In this document: piece after piece, positions 54,120 to 64,000 of the stretch
Layout: the number at the start of each line of letters is the position of its first letter
How positions within the stretch are numbered: position 1 is the stretch's first letter
Source of the DNA: Chrysomallon squamiferum
Lineage: Eukaryota; Animalia; Mollusca
Length of the DNA: 64,000 nucleotides
Reading direction: 5' to 3'
NCBI GenBank assembly: GCA_012295275.1
Contig: CM022672.1
Coordinates: 17,980,001 to 18,044,000 of the forward strand
Made by a program: the position numbers and the translations under genes
Notes under the pieces: generated by a model
Databases searched by the model: none
The model's input: the letters and a program-made list of their open reading frames with translations, nothing else
Told to the model about the DNA's origin: nothing

Positions 54120-54748
54120 TATTTTTATTTGTTATATTTATTTATTTAATTAATAAGCGTGTTTTATTTGTTACGTTTATTTAATTAATAAGCGTGTTTT
54201 ATTTGTTACGTTTATTTAATTAATAAGCGTGTTTTATTTGTGACGTTTATTGAATTAATAAGCGTGTTTTATTTGTTACGTTTACTTAATTAATAAGCGT
54301 GTTTTATTTGTTACGTTTATTTAATTGTTTTATTTGTTACGTTTATTTAATTAATAAGCGTGTTTTATTTGTTACGTTTATTTAATTAATAAGCGTGTTT
54401 TATTTGTTACGTTTACTTAATTAATAAGCGTGTTTTATTTGTTACGTTTATTTAATTAATAAGCGTGTTTTATTTGTTACGTTTATTTAATTAATAAGCG
54501 TGTTTTATTTGTTACGTTTACTTAATTAATAAGCGTGTTTTATTTGTTACGTTTATTTAATTAATAAGCGTGTTTTATTTGTTACGTTTATTTAATTAAT
54601 AAGCGTGTTTTATTTGTTACGTTTACTTAATTAATAAGCGTGTTTTATTCGTTATATTTATATAATTAATAAGTGTGTTTTATTTGTTACGTTTATTTAA
54701 TTAAGAAGCGTGTTTTATTTGTTACGTTTATTTAATTAACAAGCGTGT
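54120..54748. repeat. 35-bp tandem minisatellite, ~17 copies
   Basis: Unit TTAATTAATAAGCGTGTTTTATTTGTTACGTTTAT, near-identical and head-to-tail, with no spacers. Confidence 0.97.
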
Positions 54749-54780
54749 ATTCTTCGCGTCTCTGATACAAAAGTAGTGTT

Positions 54781-54850
54781 GCACTGAGCAGGAATATTAA
54801 CCCATTCCATGTCATAGCTACTCGTGCGAGCGCTCTAACCACTGCACCAT
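54781..54850 (-). mobile_element. tRNA-derived SINE head (Pol III A/B box relic)
   Basis: Minus strand reads TGGTGCAGTGGTTAGAGCGCTCG...GGGTTAATATTCCTGCTCAG: a good A box and a decayed B box. It does not fold as an intact tRNA. Confidence 0.5.
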
Positions 54851-55341
54851 ATTCTGTATCAAAGGCCGAGACGACCGTAGACAGCTTATATTCCATATAA
54901 CATTTCACTTCATGCTATTAATAACTCATTATCTCAATATTTTTTTTTTTTTTTTTTCTATCTCTCTCTCCCAAGTATTTATTTAGGTGAACTGTAATTA
55001 CTTTGTTAATTACCCGCTCTAGATCGCCTTTCTCCGATGTCAAAGTTAACAATTATCGCACACAAGTATTTTGTCAACATGATAACGTTACTGTACGTTA
55101 CAAACGGCATGTCTGTCTCTCTGCCGGGGTAAATTTAGGCCGTCGTTAGGTCGCAGTCCCGATTGTAGTTTTTCTCTGCCGACGACAGTTTTTTTTTAAC
55201 TTTTTTTTTTTTTTTAAACTATTTTTACCGCGCTGTTTCCTGGACTTGTCACCTGTCTTTAATCTCGGATTACGTCTAACAGGTAAGTGATTATTGTTAT
55301 TATCGTTATTATTCTCTTCTGTAACGCTCTTACGACGTTAG

Positions 55342-55373
<32 letters not shown>

Positions 55374-55619
55374 AAAAAAGTCGTAAAGTTCTGTATGAAA
55401 TTATTTTTCGGTTCTTTTTTTTTTTTTTTTTTTTCGCTCTGTTTCAACACTTTACTTCTGTAGCGTGGGAATTGAGAGGATTTTTTTGGTAAAACAACTT
55501 GTTCTTTTCATTTCCAATTTTTTTTAATATTTTTTTTAAAATTAATATTCATATTGGTTTATTGTGATGTTTCTGTCTGTGCATCTGTTTGTCTGCTAGG
55601 TTGTGAATGTCTCTGTCTA

Positions 55620-55830
55620 CGTCTAAAAATAAGGGTTTACGAATCAATGGTTTCAACTCATCAAGCCTGGTACTTGGTGGGTTGCAAGGTCAATCCACGT
55701 CAGTGCATACATTGGTGCTTTTTCCCTTTCCGGTCATTTTCTCCATAATGATTTTTCAAAAACAGTGGTAGGTGCTTTCCTGCCTTTGAAGTGGTGTAAA
55801 CAAATGATTAATTATTGCTAAACAGGCTAA
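55620..55830 (+). mobile_element. Degenerate SINE (Deu/Nin-like)
   Basis: caaaaacagtggtaggtgctttcctgcctttgaagtggtgtaaacaaatgattaattattgctaa resembles the reverse complement of 53810-53890. Confidence 0.45.
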
Positions 55831-55831
55831 A

Positions 55832-55875
<44 letters not shown>

Positions 55876-56439
55876 ACAGTCTATATAATTTGACGATTTC
55901 TGCCTGCGAATTTTGTCCTTCGAGATTTTGAGTATTCAACACTGTAGACAAGACTAAAGAAAGTTTTGATAAACCAAGGTTTGAACTCCATCTCCTTGTG
56001 AGCGGGCTTGTCAAATGTCGACACTTATTTAATATATATATAAATATATATACATTGGTTTTACATTAATTTATCACCGCTTATTTAATTAGTAATCTAT
56101 CCATAACCAAAAATATATTAATTTAGTATTTGTTATTATTAAATTTTTTCTTTATACTTGTTTGTTTGTTTTTTCGTTTTTTCTTTTTTGTAGCTTTTCT
56201 CTATTTTTTTTTATTTTTTTTACTTTTTTTTTTTTTTTTTAGTTCTAAATTTAAATATGTTTATACTTGTTTATACTTGTGTTTTGTTTTATACATGACA
56301 ATTAGCTACGAGACGATAACTCGATATACCGAACTTATGTCTGACCTTTCTAAGCTAAACATTGAATACACACATACACTGTGTGGTTTTTTATGTTGAA
56401 AGTCACAGTGCGTTTTATGCTGACATTATTTTATAGAGT

Positions 56440-57085
56440 ATATTGTATAGTCACGCTGTGTTACAGATATACATTGTGTTACATAGTCACAATGTTACAG
56501 TCACACTGTGTTACGGATATACAGTGTGTTACAAAGTCACACCGTGTTACAGATATACAGAGTGTTACAGTCACACTGTTACAGTCACGCTGATTTACAG
56601 ATACACAGTGTTAAAGTCGCGCTGTGTTACAGATTTACAGCGTGTTACATAGTCACACTGTTACAGTCACGCTGTGTTACAGATATAGTTACAGTCACGC
56701 TGTGTTACAGATATACAGAGTGTTACGGTCACGTCATATAATATACAGCGTTTACCGTGTTACAGTCACGCTGTGTTACAGATATACAGCGTGTTACATA
56801 AACTGTTACCGTCACGCTGTGTTACAGATATACAGCGTGTTACATAAACTGTTACCGTCACGCTGTGTTACAGATATACAGCATGTTACATAAACTGTTA
56901 CCGTCACGCTGTGTTACAGATATACAGCATGTTACCTGTCCGTCACGCTGTGTTACAGATATACAGCATGTTACATAAACTGTTACCGTCATGCTGTGTT
57001 ACAGATATACAGCATGTTACATAAACTGTTACCGTCACGCTGTATTACAGATATACAGCGTGTTACATTGTGTTACGGATATACA
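56440..57085. repeat. 46-bp tandem minisatellite built from TGTTAC subunits
   Basis: Unit GTCACGCTGTGTTACAGATATACAGCGTGTTACATAAACTGTTACC, regular at 56765, 56811, 56857, 56903, 56942, 56988 and 57034, more degenerate leftwards. Confidence 0.95.
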
Positions 57086-58004
57086 AAATATATAGTCTCA
57101 CTGTGTTGCATATACAATGTGCTATGCAGTCACATTATGTTACAGATATAGAGTATACTATTTACACTAACACAAACATGTAACTAACAGCTATAACTCC
57201 GAAACACATACAGATGTATGAACGGGTTAAGCATTCATCTACCTGTCTAATTACCTCACTCTTTTCACTGAAGATTCTGACACTGTTTCTTACATGACGA
57301 ATAATTATATATTTCCACATATTACAAGATAACAACTGACACTGCTGATACGGTAAACATGTTATTTATTACTGTCAACTTCTTGATATTAATAAGACTC
57401 TGTCCGATTTAAAACATTACCGGTTTCTCTGTGTTTTTCTGTGTTTATATGCACGACTGTGAAAGGTAATACCGTAGAAAACACACAACATCGCACAACG
57501 CGGAAAAAGCCGATTACTTTTATGCTGATTTAACTGAAAACATTAACAACGTATGTTTTATATTACAGTGCGTTGTCGTGGGCCGTCATATAAATTTAAA
57601 AAAACACTAATTTATTTCCTGTATTGTATATCTGTATTATATCTGTTTCTACACATATTCATCCATATTCATGACGTCATTAGAATGTTTTTTTTTTTTT
57701 TTTTCTTCTATCCACTAGGCTGCTTATTTAATTGGTTGATGACAACATATATCGTCATTGTATATTATACTGACAGTGTGTGTGTTTCTCTATTTTTCAT
57801 CGAGGTCAAAACAGTAATAATATATGACATGTATATTATAGTATATTACAGTGTGGGTTTTTAAATGTACTGACGACTTGCTTTTATGCCAGAACATGAA
57901 CAATATACGTCCTATATATTATCACATGCTATAAAGAGTGTGTTTCTCCCTGTTAAGTAAAGTGATGTCAGTGTAAACATTAAGAATATATGTTCGGTAT
58001 GGTA

Positions 58005-58270
58005 TGCATATATTATACAGTGTGTGTTTCAATAGTTATTGGTTGGTTGATGTAAAAACATTAATAATATAATAATATACATATATTATACAGTGTGTGT
58101 TTCTATAGCTATTGGTTGGTTGATGTAAAAACATTAATAATATAACATGTCTGTGTATTATACATATCTTATATAGTGTGTGTTTCTATAGTTACTTGGT
58201 TGGTTGATGTAAAAACATTAGCAGTATATGTCTACATTATGCATATATTATACAGTGTGTGTTTCTGTAC
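58005..58270. repeat. ~75-85 bp degenerate tandem repeat, 3-4 copies
   Basis: catatattatacagtgtgtgtttc...ttggttggttgatgtaaaaacatta recurs at ~58007, 58080, 58163 and 58242; more decayed copies upstream towards ~57.5 kb. Confidence 0.85.
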
Positions 58271-59046
58271 TTATTACGTGTGGGTGATTTCAGTTAAAAG
58301 TACTGACAAAATGTATTCTTTATTTCAGATGAGTATATCAGCGACACCACTCACAATATAAGTCATAGATTTCATTTCTATATATGTTGTTGTCAGGTAG
58401 AATGATTCCAATGAAATATTTTATCGTATTTGTCCTGTAGTACATTTTTTCTTTAATTCTTTGATTTTTTATAAATATTACAGTGGGGATGATATAATGG
58501 AAACATTTCCAGGTTGTGTCTTATATTATAAAGTCCATTTCAAATGCATGTCCCGTTGTATAACTTTTATTTATTTGTAAAGACATATATCAACGTGGAT
58601 GATGCTACTGGGGATAATGATAGTGTACATCTTGTATTAACTTTTGTGTTTGTGAACGTATTTTCACTTACAAGGTAAAGACCACTGTTATGACTATAAC
58701 TAAATATTTCTGTTCTTTTTCCTAAAATACGTGGTGTCAGTTGAAACATACTTCATGAAGCTTTGCTGTTGCTTACATAACCGTAGGAACTGATAATATA
58801 TACAGTATTCTACACCTAATCAGTGTTTTATTAGTTTTCGTTATGTATCAGTTTAATATCTGATAAAATATAGTTCATGAAATGCAGCAGAGTATACGTA
58901 TCACAGCAGAGTTTATTAATAAAATATACATCAGCCCGCACCCAAACGATCTTTCTTTATTTTGTTTTAAATAATACTGTGATGTAAATTGAAATATAGT
59001 TCAGGAAACAGCAGATAATATATAATAGTAGACGTTGATAAATACG

Positions 59047-59170
<124 letters not shown>

Positions 59171-59329
59171 CCTGCATATGGGCGGCGCGTCTTTATTTTG
59201 TTACGTATCAGTGCGATATAAAATAAAACAGAATTCGGGAAGCAGATAAGACTATATCACTGTATCCTCCTACACATTGGCGGCGTTTTTTTTTTAAATT
59301 TTCATAAATAAAAGTGCGATGTCGTTTAA

Positions 59330-59625
59330 AACATTATTTCAGGAAGCGTGGCAGACTGTATCAAAGTAGACAAGTTCTGGAGCATAAATATCAGTGTAGT
59401 CGCTGATAATACACGAAGTAATCCACACTTCTTTTGGTGTTTCTTAATTTTCGATAAGTTACGTAAGTGCGCAGTGCGAGTTAATACATTATTCCAGGAA
59501 ACATCAGTGCAGAGCCTATCAAAAGTAGTCATTGATGGTTTACAACGTAATCTACACTTCTTCGCTGCTTTCTTTAATTTTTTGATAATTTACGGTGCAG
59601 CGCTAGTTAATACATTATTCCAGAG
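59330..59625. repeat. Degenerate ~130-150 bp tandem duplication
   Basis: acattatt(t/c)cag recurs at ~59332, 59486 and 59612; taatc(c/t)acacttctt...ttaatttt..gataa.ttacg recurs at ~59420 and 59548. Confidence 0.7.
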
Positions 59626-60153
59626 GGGAAATTAAATAACAGAAAACATTGCAGAGTGGTTATACCAGAGTAGGCATTAAAAAATATTTCCGCAAGAGCT
59701 ACACATCTGTGCGTCATCTTTTGACTCGCGATTAGTAACAGGATGATGATGTCACTTAAAACAAAGCGTCGTGTGTCGTCGTGCAGATCAGAGCGTGTTT
59801 CGCCAGTGAGTAAAGCGCACGTGGCTGTCGCACAGCATGCGCGCCGTCCACCGATACAGCGACGTGTCACATACTTGACATCCGAGTCACCTTTGACTGA
59901 TGTTATCGTTAAAGCAGTTTCATCACTCAGGTCGGCTCTGCGTGGTGGAGTCTCTTCTAACACGCTGACTGAACTTTGTTACCGTCATAAACAGCTGATA
60001 CTATTTTATTTTTTTTTTTTTTTTTTTACCGGCAGCATATAAGGTATGGTGTATATATATATATATAACACGTGGATTTTTTTTTTTTTTTTTTTTACCC
60101 CATACACCTTCTGTCTGACCATCTGTACTGCTTTCACTGCACCATAGCTTCAG

Positions 60154-60460
<307 letters not shown>

Positions 60461-61194
60461 ACATAAATACATTCATAAATATATATGCATTCATACGCAT
60501 AAACAGAAACAAATAAAATTCTAAAAAGACTAAATAGATATAACTGGGAAGCAAAACAGTAACAGAAATTTTAAAAAATATATAGATTTCAGTGAAAACT
60601 CACATAAAACAAAGCAAAGCAGTTATACACTGAAATGAGCAGTGACCTGGTCAGTGTTGAAAGCGATGGCCACTGGTTATTTAAACACAAAACAAGCGTG
60701 AGTCACTCCCCTTTGACCGCGTACAAATTACGTCTACCAGAACGTAGATTTTTCTTGTTAACAATTAGGCGCTAGCGCTTACGTTTCACTATGGTTACGA
60801 CGTCGTAATAATAAACTGTATACTACGTCACTGCGGAATAAGAGACAATATATCTGACGTCATGTGTCCTGAAATAAGCCTGATTAGCTAACATTGTAAC
60901 AATGTCATTCTGGTGGTTCAGCCTTCTTGGGGAGAAACACAAAACAACACACAACTGGCTATTTTATTTAATTCTACAGATAAATTAATTTTATCTGATT
61001 GAGTATCGATACTGTTCGATGAATTCTGTGAGTGGTTTCCCTATCACGTATTTTAAAGGTATTTCTGTTATCTTTCTGTCGTGGATAATCCAACAGAATG
61101 TGTGGCCAAATGCGTCCATAACAGACGTCCTTGAATACGTGTCTTACAGTATGATGAGATGAAAGTAGCAAAGTCAACGACAGTCGCGTGTTTC

Positions 61195-61257
<63 letters not shown>

Positions 61258-61576
61258 GTGTGTGTGTATTTTTCTATTTGTATTTATTAGGTATTTGTCT
61301 TTTAGTTATTTATAGTAGTATTTATTTATCTGTGTTTATATTTGTGTTTTTATTTTTGTTTATCTGTCTGTCTGTTTGTTTATATGGTTATAATACAGAC
61401 AGAAGTCTTGCTTATCTATTAGTAATAGGGATTTTTTTTATGCACATCTTTTCCATATGAAAGCTAACTCCACAGACAATTAGTCGTTGTACATTTGGTG
61501 AACTAAATAAATAAAATATAAATAAAATAAAATAAAATGAAATAAAATAAAATAAAATAAAATAAAATAAAATAAC

Positions 61577-61607
<31 letters not shown>

Positions 61608-61664
61608 CAACAACAACAACAACAATAATAATAATAATAATAATAACAGTAACAACAACAATAA

Positions 61665-61695
<31 letters not shown>

Positions 61696-62314
61696 ATTAA
61701 TTAAATAAACAAACAAAAAAAAACTTCAGCTCGGAAATTTATATCGCACTTCCTATACGTAATAATCTTTGATTTAACTTTGATTGAAATTTTTTTTTTT
61801 TTTTTTTCGCGAACACCTACCTCGGTTTGAGGATGTGCGGTAAATGACTTCGAGCTACAAGCGAGTTCAAGGTCGGCTAGATCGGGTTAACAGGTACGCT
61901 GTTATATTTTCGCTCTATCTTTTTAAAAACACGATCGTGTTCGTAGTGCTGACAGAAACCACTGCATTCTCTCTGTAAGTAAAAGGAATGTTATAATGAG
62001 CGGTGGTGTGTGTTTTATTCTTGTTTCTTCTTCTTCTTTTCTTCTTCTTCTTTTTTTTCTTTTTTTTTGCATTTTTTTTTTTTTTTTTTACGATTTGGTT
62101 TACAGTTGCGCTGATGCGAAGTGTTATTGGTTTCCATTTCAAAGGCCAGTCTTTCCTGTTTAATGATGATTAATTAATAATTATCTAATACGTCTGTCTT
62201 GTCTATTTTTCTTCATAAATTACAGAACAGCTCGCTCGCTCTGACTGTTGCGCTGAAATTTCTTCTTTGGAGTCGAATGATTTTCTTTAGGGATAGCGAG
62301 TGTTGTATTTGATC

Positions 62315-62315
62315 T

Positions 62316-62393
<78 letters not shown>

Positions 62394-62521
62394 TCTTTAA
62401 TTTCGTTTGTCATAGATATAATTACTACGTATGTGTGTGTGTGTATATATGTATGTATGAATGTATGTGTGTATGTGTATATATGTATGCATGAATGTAA
62501 GTGTGTATATGTATGTATGTA

Positions 62522-62558
<37 letters not shown>

Positions 62559-62560
62559 CA
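62315..62560. repeat. (TG)n, (TATG)n and (AAT)n microsatellites
   Basis: Direct reading. Confidence 0.9.
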
Positions 62561-62635
62561 GTGACTATTTAATATTATGTTATAATTAGGACCAAAAGAT
62601 AAAAAAAAAAAAAAAAACGACATCAAGATTTTAAA

Positions 62636-63100
62636 ACCGCCGCTCCAGCTTGCCAATCGTAATGAAGACTTTGTGGTCACGTGACCGTGTGGTATCACCC
62701 ATCTAACTCGCCCTTTGGCCCGTGAAATACGTGTGCACTAGAGCAGACGACAGCGCTTCTGCAGCCTCGTGTTGATATTACGTTTTCGTTTTCTATTTGT
62801 TTTTTAAAACGCGGTAGTCTCGGCAAGTAAACAGAAATCAAATTTTCGACTCAGAAGTGACACAGAAAAATAACAAAAGAAAGTGAAAGAAAGAAAAGAA
62901 ATGCAATATATTTATTATTCTTGTTTTTCTTTTTTTAACGTAATAAAATGAAGAAAGAACGAAAGTGTGAAGTTTTGATTGTGCTTGTTGATAGTCGCTG
63001 AAAGGCGACGGTTTCTGTCTTTTTCTTCGTTTCACTTCTTCTGAAATCCAATCTGGGCGGGATTGTTTTCCCAGGAGAGAGGCGGCCATATTATCTGGTC
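62636..63100. promoter_or_regulatory. Candidate promoter / CpG-rich 5' region of a gene continuing outside the window
   Basis: CCAAT (62653), palindrome GGTCACGTGACC (62675-62686), CCAAT plus GC box (63048-63060), YY1-like CGGCCATATT (~63083). CpG-rich to the window end, with no credible ORF. Confidence 0.45.
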
Positions 63101-64000
63101 TAACCGACTGCATTGTTAGTCAATGTCCCGTATATCACGTTGCTCGATGATAAGCCCAAAGCCAGAGATCGTAACCCCTACGTACAAGATAATGTCTCCG
63201 CTTTTGCAGAGAAAAACATCGCAGGACCAAAATAATTTTTTTTTTTTTTTTTTTGCACGATTTTTAGAATATTTTTGGCTTGTGGGGTTGTTGGGTTTTT
63301 TTTTTTTTTTTTTTTTTATACCGTCGTAGGGGAAGTGAGTAAACTTGTGTGTTTGGCATCCAGTCGCTTCAGCGCTTGTTTGAGCACGAACACATGATAC
63401 TTCATGCATGCGATGTTTGTCCGAAAATAATAATAATAGAAAAGAAAAATCGTCAGCGAGACGAGCAGAGATTTTTTTTTTTAGAGAGAAGCGATGGTGT
63501 CTGGTTGGGGCCAGTCTCTCGTAGACAGATGTGAACTCTCACAATCGACTGCTCATCTTTTTTTTTGGCATTGAGCCGAGCGCCTAATTGCAGCATGCGG
63601 CCGAGTTTACTTCTTCGGAAAAGCGCGTGCGTCGTCGCGTTTGTTGTCTTCCAGCGAAAAAAAACGCCACTTCGCAGTCAACAGTTGACAGTTGCAGACA
63701 TGTCGTGGCTGTCGCCGTTGTCGTAGTTTGTTTACAGATCAACCATCCCGTGGACTGCTGTTTTGTTGTTGTTGTTGTTGTTGTTGTTTTTGTTTTTTTT
63801 GTTTTCTGTTATTTTTTTCCTTCTTCTGGCGAGGATTACTTCGAGTAGAGTTTACACAGAACACGTTGTTATCTGTCTCTCTCTCTCTCTCTCTCTACTA
63901 CTACTACGGTTGATTTCGGCACTTTGTTTTTTGAACCGAACCAGCGTTGTTCACCGTGAGCTGGTTTTCTATTGCTTTCTGGATTAAAAATTGTTTTGTG

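Noticed and set aside
54781-54850. tRNA gene
   Set aside because: Only the A box is intact; the B box, T arm and acceptor stem do not form. It is better explained as a SINE head.
54120-57085. Tandem arrays as CRISPR-like loci
   Set aside because: Units are contiguous with no unique spacers, there are no cas genes, and the context is eukaryotic.
59607-60042. Overlapping 118-aa (minus) and 99-aa (plus) ORFs in a GC-rich island
   Set aside because: No family similarity or splice framework; open frames are expected in locally GC-rich sequence.

Overview
AT-rich, microsatellite-laden animal genomic DNA. It is probably a mollusc or other lophotrochozoan, inferred from the hsp70 subtype and Deu/Nin-like SINE remnants. 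No prokaryotic, CRISPR, rRNA or intact tRNA features are visible. Three protein-coding genes can be supported: (1) an intronless, inducible-type cytosolic hsp70 on the minus strand (79-1998), with a TATA box and a promoter built from heat-shock elements interleaved with octamer-like palindromes; (2) a multi-exon KIAA0232/DUF4603-like gene on the plus strand (non-coding exon ~9480-9744, CDS 11414-20703, ~1725 aa), with a 4.2-kb exon, tandem CCCH zinc fingers, a W-motif array and a uORF-packed leader; (3) an uncharacterised gene at ~33243-35005 whose last exon switches reading frame by -1 near 34500. Two phase-compatible minus-strand exons with one internal stop lie between hsp70 and the KIAA0232-like gene (6284-6911). 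From ~35.3 kb to the end the window is non-coding as far as can be seen: SINE relics, three or four minisatellites, many microsatellites, CpG-rich patches and a likely promoter near 62.7 kb. All coordinates and motif calls were read by eye; no database search was run.
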